Shown here: positions 44,926-52,829 of the stretch, in pieces
How positions within the stretch are numbered: the first letter of the stretch is position 1
Layout of the letters: each line of letters begins with the position of its first letter
Origin: an uncultured Chloroflexia bacterium
GTDB lineage: Bacteria > Chloroflexota > Limnocylindria > Limnocylindrales > CSP1-4
Length of the DNA: 64,000 bases
Direction of reading: 5' to 3'
Assembly (NCBI GenBank): GCA_963763775.1
Contig: CAVXPZ010000001.1
Coordinates: 1,184,001-1,248,000 of the forward strand
Notes under the pieces: generated by a model
What the model was told of the DNA's origin: nothing
Database searches by the model: none
What the model saw: the letters and a program-made list of their open reading frames with translations, nothing else
Translations under genes and position numbers: made by a program

Positions 44926-47103
44926 ATGGCTGCCGTCGAACCAGGTGTATCCGCTCGGACCGCGGCACCGGCACGCCCACGACGGTCGACGAAGCCGAAG
45001 GCGGAGCTCCCCTACCTCAATCGCGAGCTCTCCTGGCTCGAATTCAACGCCCGGGTGCTCCATGAGGCGCGCGACGCGCGCAACCCCCTGCTGGAGCGAG
45101 TCCGCTTCCTGACGATCTTCGCGAGCAACCTCGACGAGTTCTTCCAGGTCCGGATCGCCGGCCTGCGCGAGCAGGTCGAGTCCGGCAGCGTCCACCGCTC
45201 CCGCGACGGCCGGACGGCGGCCGAGCAGCTCGCGGCCGCCCGCGAGCGCGTCCTGGGGCTCGTCGCGGAGCACTCGGCGATCTTCGTCGACGTCCGGCGC
45301 GCCCTGGCGGTCGAAGGGGTCGAGCTGGTCGATTACTCGGCCATCCCCGAGCACCACGAGGCGCTCCGCCAGCGATTCCTCGACGAGATCTTCCCGGTCC
45401 TGACGCCGCTCGCGGTGGACCCGGGGCACCCGTTCCCGTACATCTCGACGCTCAGCCTCTCGATCGCCGTGGGCCTGGTCGACCCGGAGACCGGGGAGCG
45501 CAGCTTCGCCCGCGTGAAGGTCCCGCAGATCCTGCCGCGGCTGCTCGAGGTCGGCCCCGAGCGCTTCGTCCTGATCGACCAGGTCATCGAGGCCAACCTC
45601 GACGAGCTCTTCCTCGGGATGCAGATCGTCGAGCATCACCTGTTCCGGGTCACCCGGAACGCCGACCTCGCGATCGAGGAGGACGAGGCGGACGATCTCC
45701 TCCTCGCGATCGAGGAGGAGCTGCGGCGACGGCGGTTCGGCGAGGCCGTGCGACTCGAGGTCGAGCGCTCGATGCCGGCCAACACGCGCGTGATCCTCCA
45801 GCGAGGCCTCGGTCTGGCGGAAGAGGACTCCTACGAAGTCAGCGGCATGCTCGACATGACCGGGCTCGGCCAGATCGCGGACCTCGCGCGGCCGGACCTC
45901 CAGCGACCGACCTGGACGCCGATCACGCCGACGCGATTGCTGCCGCCCGACGAGGACGTGCCGGCCGACACGTTCGCGGCGATCCGCGCGGGCGACATCC
46001 TCGTCCACCACCCGTACGAGTCGTTCGCCGCCTCCGTCGAGCGGTTCATCACGCAGGCCGCCGACGACCCGGACGTCCTCTCGATCAAGCAGACCCTGTA
46101 CCGCACCTCGGGTGACTCCCCCATCGTCCAGTCGCTCATCCGCGCGGCCGAGCGCGGCAAGCAGGTGGTGGTCCTCGTCGAGATCAAGGCACGGTTCGAC
46201 GAAGAGGCGAACATCGTCTGGGCTCGGAAGCTGGAACGTGCCGGCGCGCACGTCGTGTACGGCCTGGTCGGGCTCAAGACGCACTCGAAGACCGCCCTGG
46301 TGGTCCGGCGCGAGGGGTCCGGGCTCCGGCGCTACGTCCATATCGGGACCGGCAACTACAACCCCAAGACCGCGCGGCTGTACGTGGACCTGGGCCTGCT
46401 CACGGCCCGCCCCGAGATCGGCGCCGACGTCACGGACCTCTTCAACGTGCTGACCGGACTCTCCCGGCAGCGGACGTTCCGGCGACTCCTCGTCGCGCCG
46501 CACAGCCTCCGCTCGCGGTTCCTCCAGCTCGTGGAGCGCGAGATCGGCCACGCGCGCAACGGTCACGACGCCCGGATCATCCTCAAGCTCAACGCCATCG
46601 TCGACGGCCCGAGCATCGACGCGCTCTACGAGGCGTCGCAGGCCGGCGTGCGGATCGAGCTGATCGTGCGGGCCGCGTGCTCGCTGCAGCCGGGCCTCGA
46701 GGGCATCTCGGAGAACATCCACGTCCGCTCGATCATCGGGCAGTTCCTCGAGCACTCGCGGATCTGGTCGTTCGAGAACGCGGGCGATCGCGAGTGGTAC
46801 ATCGGCTCGGCCGATCTGATGGACCGCAACCTCGATCGCCGCGTCGAGGCCATCGTGCCGGTGGAGGACCCGGACGCCCGGGCGCGCCTCGCGACGATCG
46901 TCGACATCATGCTCGCGGACGACCGCCGTTCCTGGCAGCTCCAGTCGGACACGACCTGGGTTCGCACCGAGGTCCTCGACGGCCGGGAAGGGACCGTCGA
47001 CACGTTCGAGACGCTCAAGGAGCTGGCCCTGGCCCAAGGTCACGTCGCCGACATCCCGCGCCGACCCGGGACGGGTGTCGGCTCCCTGGACCCGCGGGCA
47101 TGA
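44926..47103 (+). CDS. ppk1: Polyphosphate kinase 1
   Basis: NRELSWLEFNARV, SNLDEFF, HPFP, HHPYESF, IKQTLYR, ARFDE, KTHSK, HIGTGNYN, LEHSR, SADLMDRNLDRRVE. Confidence 0.97.
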   Translation: MAAVEPGVSARTAAPARPRRSTKPKAELPYLNRELSWLEFNARVLHEARDARNPLLERVRFLTIFASNLDEFFQVRIAGLREQVESGSVHRSRDGRTAAEQLAAARERVLGLVAEHSAIFVDVRRALAVEGVELVDYSAIPEHHEALRQRFLDEIFPVLTPLAVDPGHPFPYISTLSLSIAVGLVDPETGERSFARVKVPQILPRLLEVGPERFVLIDQVIEANLDELFLGMQIVEHHLFRVTRNADLAIEEDEADDLLLAIEEELRRRRFGEAVRLEVERSMPANTRVILQRGLGLAEEDSYEVSGMLDMTGLGQIADLARPDLQRPTWTPITPTRLLPPDEDVPADTFAAIRAGDILVHHPYESFAASVERFITQAADDPDVLSIKQTLYRTSGDSPIVQSLIRAAERGKQVVVLVEIKARFDEEANIVWARKLERAGAHVVYGLVGLKTHSKTALVVRREGSGLRRYVHIGTGNYNPKTARLYVDLGLLTARPEIGADVTDLFNVLTGLSRQRTFRRLLVAPHSLRSRFLQLVEREIGHARNGHDARIILKLNAIVDGPSIDALYEASQAGVRIELIVRAACSLQPGLEGISENIHVRSIIGQFLEHSRIWSFENAGDREWYIGSADLMDRNLDRRVEAIVPVEDPDARARLATIVDIMLADDRRSWQLQSDTTWVRTEVLDGREGTVDTFETLKELALAQGHVADIPRRPGTGVGSLDPRA

Positions 47104-49241
47104 CCGAGACCCTCCGCCCCGTCGAGGTCGAGCTCAAGTACCGCGTGCTCGACATGACCGCCGCCGAGCGGTATCTCGTCGCGCCGAGCATCGGCGCGTT
47201 CGTCGGGGCGTCCCAGGCGCGGTCGACCCAGATGGAGGACCGCTACGTCGACACGGCGGACCGGGCGTTCGAGCGTGCCGGCTTCGCGGTCCGACTCCGC
47301 TCGTCCGGCACCGGCGTCATCGTCTCGATCAAGTCGCTGAGCCGGCGCGAGGGCGCCGGCGGGTCCGTCGGGCGCGAGGAGATCGAGGGTCCGGCGATCC
47401 GCGCGGCGGGGCCGTCGGACTGGCCCGCCTCGGATGCCCGCTCGCTCGTGCTCGAGCTCGCCGGCGATGCGCCACTCGTCGAAGTCGTGACGATCCGGCA
47501 GCTCCGCCGCAAGCGCCAGCTCCGTGACGGGTCCACGCGCGTCGAGTTGAGCCTCGACGAGGTCGACGTCGTGGCGAGCAAGCGAGTGGTGGCGCGCTTC
47601 GTGGAGCTCGAAGCCGAGCTGACGAAGGGCAACGAGGCGCGTCTCAACGGGCTGGCGACCGTCTTCCGCGCCGACCCCGCGCTGAGCCCGGCGATGACGA
47701 GCAAGTTCGAAGCGGCGCTCGCGGCGATGCGGCCGGCGCCGACCAGCAAGTTCGAGGCGGCGCTCGCGGCGCTGGCCGACGTCACCCCGGATGACGACGT
47801 GGCGGTCGAGGCGACCGCGGTCGAGGCGCCGGCCGCGGTCGACACGCCGTCGATGCCCGAGGAGCTCGCCGCCGAGCCGGAGCCCGCCGCCATGGAGACC
47901 ACCGAGGCCATCGAGGCCGCCGAGACCAACGAGCAGCAGGCTCCCGAGGCCGCAGCCGACGAGGCGGTCGCCGTCGCCGAGCCGGTCGCAGAGGCCCCGC
48001 CGATCGACCCGATCGAGGCGATCGCGGCCGCCGAACCGCCGGTCATCGATCTCGACGTCCCGGAGCCCGAGCACGATCCCGAGGCCGCAGCCGACGCTGA
48101 GGCCGACGCGGCGGAACACGAAGCGGATCTCGCGGCGATCGCCGCTGCCCACGCCGCCGCGATCGACGCGGCCGAGCCCGTGGATGCGGTCGTCGACGAG
48201 GATGCCGAGGTCATCGAGGTCCACGCGACCTCCGAGGACGTGCCGACCACGTCGGACGTGGTCAGCGAGGCCGTCGAGGCGGCGGCGGCAGAGAGCGAGC
48301 CGCTCGCCATCAGCAAGACCGCGGGCGTCACCGCGGACGACCACATCGCGGAGGCGGGCCGCAAGGTCATGCGCTTCCACCTCGCGCGGATGCTGGCCCG
48401 CGAAGCCGGCACGCGCCTCGGCAAGGACCCCGAGGAGCTCCACGCGATGCGCGTCGCCACGCGACGGCAGCGCGCCGCCTGGCGGGTGTTCGGCGGGTCG
48501 TTCCGCACCGCGAGGACGAAGAAGTTCCGCAAGGGCCTGCGCGAGACCGCCGCTCGTCTCGGAGCCGTCCGCGACCTGGACGTGCTGCTCGAGGCCGCCG
48601 ACCATTACCGCGCCGACCTCCCGGTCACGGAGCAGCGCGCGCTGGAGCCACTCCTCGCCGACTGGCGCAACCATCGCGAGGGGGCCCGGGTCCTGCTCGC
48701 GCGCGAGCTCGATTCGGAGGGATACCGCCGCTGGGTCGACGACTATCGGGACTTCGTGCGAACCGAGGGCGCCGGCGTCCTGCCGGTGGGTCCGGTCGAA
48801 CCGCATCGGGTCCGCGACACCGCGCCGTCCGCGATCTGGACCGCCTATGAGCAGGTCCGCGGCTACGAGCCCGTCCTCCGCTGGGCCGATGTCGAGACGC
48901 TCCACGACCTGCGGATCGCCGGCAAGTGGCTGCGCTACACGCTCGAATTCGTGAAGGAGGCGCTCGGCCCGGATTCGGCGCCACTCATCGCGCGCGTCAC
49001 CGCGCTCCAGGACCACCTCGGGCTCATGCACGACGCCGACGTGTCGGCGTCGATGGCCAGGGCGTTCCTCGTCGAGCACGCCGGGCAGCTCTCCTCGCTC
49101 GAGAGCGCCGCGATCGGCCGCTACCTGGTCAATCGCGAGCGTGAGGTCGCCCGCCTGCGCCGGACGCTCAACACCACGTGGCGCGGCGTGGACAGCCTGG
49201 CGTTCCGTCGGGCCCTCGGTCGAGTGGTCGCCGGCCTCTAG
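47100..49241 (+). CDS. CYTH domain - long acidic linker - CHAD domain protein
   Basis: EVELKY, DRYVDT, VRLR, ELEAEL, SKF (CYTH); about 180 aa D/E/A/P-rich linker; ELHAMRVATRR, LGAVRDLDV, LHDLRIAGKWLRY, LQDHLG..HD (CHAD); ATGA overlap with ppk1. Confidence 0.9.
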   Translation: MTETLRPVEVELKYRVLDMTAAERYLVAPSIGAFVGASQARSTQMEDRYVDTADRAFERAGFAVRLRSSGTGVIVSIKSLSRREGAGGSVGREEIEGPAIRAAGPSDWPASDARSLVLELAGDAPLVEVVTIRQLRRKRQLRDGSTRVELSLDEVDVVASKRVVARFVELEAELTKGNEARLNGLATVFRADPALSPAMTSKFEAALAAMRPAPTSKFEAALAALADVTPDDDVAVEATAVEAPAAVDTPSMPEELAAEPEPAAMETTEAIEAAETNEQQAPEAAADEAVAVAEPVAEAPPIDPIEAIAAAEPPVIDLDVPEPEHDPEAAADAEADAAEHEADLAAIAAAHAAAIDAAEPVDAVVDEDAEVIEVHATSEDVPTTSDVVSEAVEAAAAESEPLAISKTAGVTADDHIAEAGRKVMRFHLARMLAREAGTRLGKDPEELHAMRVATRRQRAAWRVFGGSFRTARTKKFRKGLRETAARLGAVRDLDVLLEAADHYRADLPVTEQRALEPLLADWRNHREGARVLLARELDSEGYRRWVDDYRDFVRTEGAGVLPVGPVEPHRVRDTAPSAIWTAYEQVRGYEPVLRWADVETLHDLRIAGKWLRYTLEFVKEALGPDSAPLIARVTALQDHLGLMHDADVSASMARAFLVEHAGQLSSLESAAIGRYLVNREREVARLRRTLNTTWRGVDSLAFRRALGRVVAGL
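47697..47774 (+). repeat. In-frame 45-nt tandem duplication (TSKFEAALAAM / TSKFEAALAAL)
   Basis: Copies start at 47697 and 47742 and differ at synonymous sites (ACG/ACC, GAA/GAG). Confidence 0.8.
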
Positions 49242-49279
49242 CCGATCCGGACAGGCTCGGCGTCCCCGCGACCGCGGCC

Positions 49280-49516
49280 CGTTGCCCCACAGACAACGGA
49301 TTCAGGGTCTGGCTCTGGCACGGGGCCCGATCGCGACGCCCCCTCCCCGAAACGTTGCCTGCCAGACGACGGCAGCATGCCCAAGGTCGATCTCCCGCCC
49401 CGTTCGACCCCACTGAGCGCGTCGATGTTGCCCGTCAGGCAACGGTTGGCGCTGGCGAGCCCGGATCGTGGGGCGCGCCCCGGCTTCGGCCTGCGGACGT
49501 TGCTCACCAGGCAACG
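49280..49516. repeat. Array of four 19-bp palindromic repeats (YGTTGCY-NNNCA-GRCRACG) with unique 53-54-bp spacers
   Basis: Repeats at 49280-49298, 49353-49371, 49426-49444, 49498-49516; period 73, 73, 72. Confidence 0.8.
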
Positions 49517-49536
49517 CCGCCCGGGGGCCGCTCGGG

Positions 49537-50478
49537 TCAGGCTCGCCAGCCGTGGGCGAGCTCCGGGAGTCGATCGCGCCAGGCGATCCCGGCGTGGGCC
49601 GTCGCCAGGATGAGGCCCTCGCGGATCCCCGCCTCCGACACGCGAAGGGACTCGGCGCCGTACTGGCGCAGGATCGCATCGACGATGACGGCGCCGGCCG
49701 GCAGGATGCGGGCTCGCGCTTCGCGAAGGCCGTGGCGCTTCGCCGCGAGGTCCGCTGGCTCGGCGGCCAGGAGGGCCATCGCGCGAGCCGTCTTGTCTCG
49801 GGTCAAGGTCCCCTTCGATGCCCCGAAGCGGATCACCTTCAAGAGGTTCGAGACGGTCCCGCCGACCGCGACGATCTCCTGCGGCGAGGCGGGCGGCGCG
49901 GTCGCGACGACCCGTCGGGCATCCTCGAGCATCGCCATGAGTTCTTCGGCGGTGGGCGGGTCGTGCGTGACGTGGCGATCGGTCAGTCGGGCGGCGCCGA
50001 GCCGCAGCCCGGTCGCGCGCGGCGGTGAACCTGGCCCGATGAACGAGAACTCCGAGCTTCCGCCGCCGACGTCGATGATGAGCGTCTCGCGGGCGACCGG
50101 CCGACCGGCCATCACCCCGACCACCGTGAGCAGCGCCTCTTCCTCGTGTGTCAGGACGTGCAAGGCGAGTCCGGCGCGCCGCTCGACATCACGGACGATG
50201 GCGGGGCCGTCGCCCGCTCGGCGGATCGGCTCCGTGCCCGCGACCGTCACGGACGTGGCGCCGAGGCCACGCGCGACCTCCGCGTAGACCGCGAGGGCGT
50301 CGGCCAGGCCGAGGCGAGCCTCCGGACCCAGGAGGCCGTGCTCGGCGACGGCTTTACCGAGCCCGAGGAACACGGACTCGTCCGTGAGCGTGGTCAGCCG
50401 ATGGTTGGTGACCGTCGCGACGAGGAGATGGACCGAGTTCGAGCCGACGTCGATCGACGCACCGACGACGGGCGGCAT
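49537..50478 (-). CDS. ppx: Ppx/GppA family exopolyphosphatase (short form)
   Basis: ASIDVGSNSVHL, TEPIRRA, EEEA, IDVGGGSSE, GGT, GIREG. Confidence 0.88.
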   Translation of the reverse strand: MPPVVGASIDVGSNSVHLLVATVTNHRLTTLTDESVFLGLGKAVAEHGLLGPEARLGLADALAVYAEVARGLGATSVTVAGTEPIRRAGDGPAIVRDVERRAGLALHVLTHEEEALLTVVGVMAGRPVARETLIIDVGGGSSEFSFIGPGSPPRATGLRLGAARLTDRHVTHDPPTAEELMAMLEDARRVVATAPPASPQEIVAVGGTVSNLLKVIRFGASKGTLTRDKTARAMALLAAEPADLAAKRHGLREARARILPAGAVIVDAILRQYGAESLRVSEAGIREGLILATAHAGIAWRDRLPELAHGWRA

Positions 50479-50492
50479 CGAGCGGCGGGCGA

Positions 50493-51461
50493 TCAGGCGC
50501 CGGGCGCGGGCTTGGCCGGCGTCCGCGGCTTCGACGCCGCGGTCGCCGACGGCGTCTTGCGGGTGGCGGCCTTCGTGGCGCTGGCCGGTTTCGCGGCCTT
50601 GGTCGTCGACGTCTTGGTCGCCGCCGGCTTTGCGGTCGACGCCGGTTTCGCGGTCGACGCGTTCGCCGCGGGCGGCTTCTTCGCCGCAGCAGGCTTCTTC
50701 GCGGCCGGCTTCTTCGCGGCCGGGGCCTTGGTCGTGGCCGAGGTCGTCGTCGCGGCCGACGTCTTGGCGGCCGGCTTCTTCGCGGCGGCCGGCTTCTTCG
50801 CGGCGGCTGTCTTCTTTGGCGCACTCGCCTTCGCCCGAGGCTTTGCGATCGGCTCGGCCGCCGGCGCGTCCGCGTCGTCGACCGCGGGTGGGGACGTCTT
50901 GATCGGCGAAACGGCGACGACCGCTTTCGCGGCGGCGGACCCGCCGGCTTTCACGGCGCCGCCCGCGGCGCTCCTGGCCTGGCTGGCCGCGCCCGCCGCC
51001 GCCCCGGCCGCCGCACCGGCGGCATGACCGGCCGCACCGGCTGCGGCTCCAGCGGCATGACCCGCAGCGCCGGCGGCAGCACCAGCGGCACGGCCCGCAG
51101 CGCCCGCCGCGGCACCGGCGGCATGACCGGCGCGCGCGCCCGCCGAACCCGCCGCGCCGCCCACGGCCGACGTCGCGATCGACGCGATCCGCTGCGCGAG
51201 CGCCGCCACCTCGGCGGCGGCTTCACCAGCCTGTCGGCGGCGCTTCTCGACCTGCTTCCCGCCCTTGCCTGCCTGCGCCGCGGCGAGCTGCTTGAGTCGC
51301 TTGGCTTCCTTCTCGGTCGCGGCCATGAGCTGCTGCTCGAGCTTGCGGAGTTCCTTGGCCGCACTCCTGGAGAGCGGCACCACGACGTCGCGTGCGTCGC
51401 CCACGAACCCGGACGCGGCGCCCACCACGCCGTCGGTCGGGACCGCTCGCTTCTTCGCCAT
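50493..51461 (-). CDS. Lys/Ala-rich histone-H1-like protein with N-terminal coiled coil and 11-residue repeats
   Basis: GGAG SD; KELRKLEQQL..KRLKQL coiled coil; (G[H/R]AAGAAAGAA)x4; C-terminal AAKKP/AKPA repeats; stop lies 14 nt before ppx start. Confidence 0.72.
   Translation of the reverse strand: MAKKRAVPTDGVVGAASGFVGDARDVVVPLSRSAAKELRKLEQQLMAATEKEAKRLKQLAAAQAGKGGKQVEKRRRQAGEAAAEVAALAQRIASIATSAVGGAAGSAGARAGHAAGAAAGAAGRAAGAAAGAAGHAAGAAAGAAGHAAGAAAGAAAGAASQARSAAGGAVKAGGSAAAKAVVAVSPIKTSPPAVDDADAPAAEPIAKPRAKASAPKKTAAAKKPAAAKKPAAKTSAATTTSATTKAPAAKKPAAKKPAAAKKPPAANASTAKPASTAKPAATKTSTTKAAKPASATKAATRKTPSATAASKPRTPAKPAPGA
50996..51128 (-). repeat. 33-nt (11-aa) tandem repeat, four copies
   Basis: GCATGACC/GCACGGCC recurs on + strand at 51022, 51055, 51088, 51121. 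Confidence 0.8.
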
Positions 51462-51541
51462 CGGATGGTCACTCCCCTGGTCGGCTCGGTCCGACATCTC
51501 GGCGCACCGTACCATCCCCGTGTGCGATGCGGAGACGATCC

Positions 51542-51913
51542 ATGCCACTGGTCCTGATCGGCCTCGGCGGCTTCGCCGGCGCCATCGCCCGCTACCTCGT
51601 GGACGGCGCCGTCGCCGAGCGGACAGGCGGCGGGTTCCCGTGGGGCACGCTCGTCATCAACGTCAGCGGTTCGTTCCTCCTGGGCCTGCTGTTCGCGCTG
51701 ACCGCCGAGCGAGCGATCCTGCCGGCCGACATCCGCGGCCCGGTGATGATCGGCTTCCTCGGCGCCTACACGACGTTCTCCACGTTCATGCTCGAGTCGT
51801 GGCGACTCGTCGAGACCGGCGCCTGGGCGGCGGCCCTGGCCAACCTCGGCGGATCGATCGTGCTCGGCCTGGTGGCCGTCGTCGCGGGGATGACCCTCGG
51901 GAGGGCGCTGTGA
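51542..51913 (+). CDS. crcB: Fluoride efflux channel Fluc/CrcB
   Basis: GGFAGAIARY, FPWGTLVINVSGSFLLG, GFLGAYTTFSTF. Confidence 0.93.
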   Translation: MPLVLIGLGGFAGAIARYLVDGAVAERTGGGFPWGTLVINVSGSFLLGLLFALTAERAILPADIRGPVMIGFLGAYTTFSTFMLESWRLVETGAWAAALANLGGSIVLGLVAVVAGMTLGRAL

Positions 51914-52773
51914 GACACATCGAGGGACCGGCGCTGCTGGTCCGCGTCTACATCGGCGAGGCTGACCACACCGGCGGCAAGCCCACGTACCAGGCCATCG
52001 TCGAGCTGCTCCGGACGCGCGGCATCGCCGGCGCGACGGTCCTGCGCGGCGTCGAGGGCTTCGGGGCCAACGCCCACCTCCACACGACGCGCCTGCTCCG
52101 ATTGTCGGAGGACCTGCCCATCCTCATCGAGGTGGTCGACGAAGAGGCGCGGCTGCGGGCGGTCCTTCCCGAGATCGACGCCCTCGTCGGCGATGGGCTC
52201 ATCACGCTCGAAAAGGTCGAGGTGCTCGCCTACCGCGGCACTGGCCCGACAGTCGGCGGCCGACTGACCTCCAGCGCCGACGTGGACGACGCCGAGCCCA
52301 CCGCCACCGCGGGCATCCCGACGACTCCGGAGGGCAGCGACGACGCGCTCGGCCCGTGGCATCGCGACGGCTACACGATCTCGACCGACCCTGGCGCGAT
52401 CGACCATGCCGCCGTCCATCGATTCCTCGCCGCGTCCTATTGGGCGGCCGAGCGCCCGACCGAGGTGATCGACCGGTCCCTCGACGGATCGCTGACGTTC
52501 GGCCTGTACCACGACGACCACCAGGTCGGGATGGCGCGGGTCGTCTCCGACTACGCGACGTTCGCCTGGCTGTGCGATGTGTTCATCGAGCCCGAGCATC
52601 GCGGCGCCGGTCGCGGCCAGTGGCTCATCTCGGTCGTGACCGGCCACCCGCGGCTCCAGGGCCTGCGCTGGCTGCTCGGGACGAGCTACTCGCACTCCCT
52701 GTACGCCCGGTTCGGCTTCACCGAGGTCGAGCCGGGCCGCTTCATGATCCGCCGGGACGCGCAGGCTCGCTAA
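51910..52773 (+). CDS. DUF190 (PII-like) protein in frame with a GNAT acetyltransferase (real fusion or indel-joined genes)
   Basis: RVYIGEAD, GIAGATVLRGVEGFG, LSEDLPILIEVVD (DUF190); YTISTD, SYWA, ARVVSDYATFAWLCDVFI..HRGAGRG, LYARFGF (GNAT). Confidence 0.8.
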   Translation: MRHIEGPALLVRVYIGEADHTGGKPTYQAIVELLRTRGIAGATVLRGVEGFGANAHLHTTRLLRLSEDLPILIEVVDEEARLRAVLPEIDALVGDGLITLEKVEVLAYRGTGPTVGGRLTSSADVDDAEPTATAGIPTTPEGSDDALGPWHRDGYTISTDPGAIDHAAVHRFLAASYWAAERPTEVIDRSLDGSLTFGLYHDDHQVGMARVVSDYATFAWLCDVFIEPEHRGAGRGQWLISVVTGHPRLQGLRWLLGTSYSHSLYARFGFTEVEPGRFMIRRDAQAR

Positions 52774-52807
52774 CACGACGTTAACGTCGGCCCAACACCG
52801 AGTTATC
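52770..52807 (+). promoter_or_regulatory. Putative Pho box array (four 11-bp-phased TTAAC-like half-sites)
   Basis: CTAAC 52770, TTAAC 52781, CCAAC 52792, TTATC 52803. Confidence 0.65.
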
Positions 52808-52829
52808 CGCCGACGCGGAGGCTCTGGGC

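Noticed and set aside
46677-47099. N-terminal extension of the CYTH-CHAD ORF given in the track
   Set aside because: It overlaps ppk1 out of frame; the ATGA-coupled start at 47100 puts the ExExK motif at the N-terminus as expected
49280-49516. Calling the palindrome array a CRISPR array
   Set aside because: Repeats are 19 bp with variable loops, spacers are 53-54 bp, there are only four units, and there is no AT-rich leader or cas gene in the window; kept as an unexplained repeat
49178-49679. Short ORFs spanning the CHAD-ppx gap (e.g. 49238..49507, 49377..49613)
   Set aside because: Arg/Pro/Gly-rich, no SD, no motif; 73-bp steps are not a multiple of three, so the array is unlikely to be a coding repeat
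51462-51541. Fluoride riboswitch upstream of crcB
   Set aside because: No match seen to the GGCGATGG..TTCGCC..GCTGATGAC..CTAC consensus in the 80-bp gap
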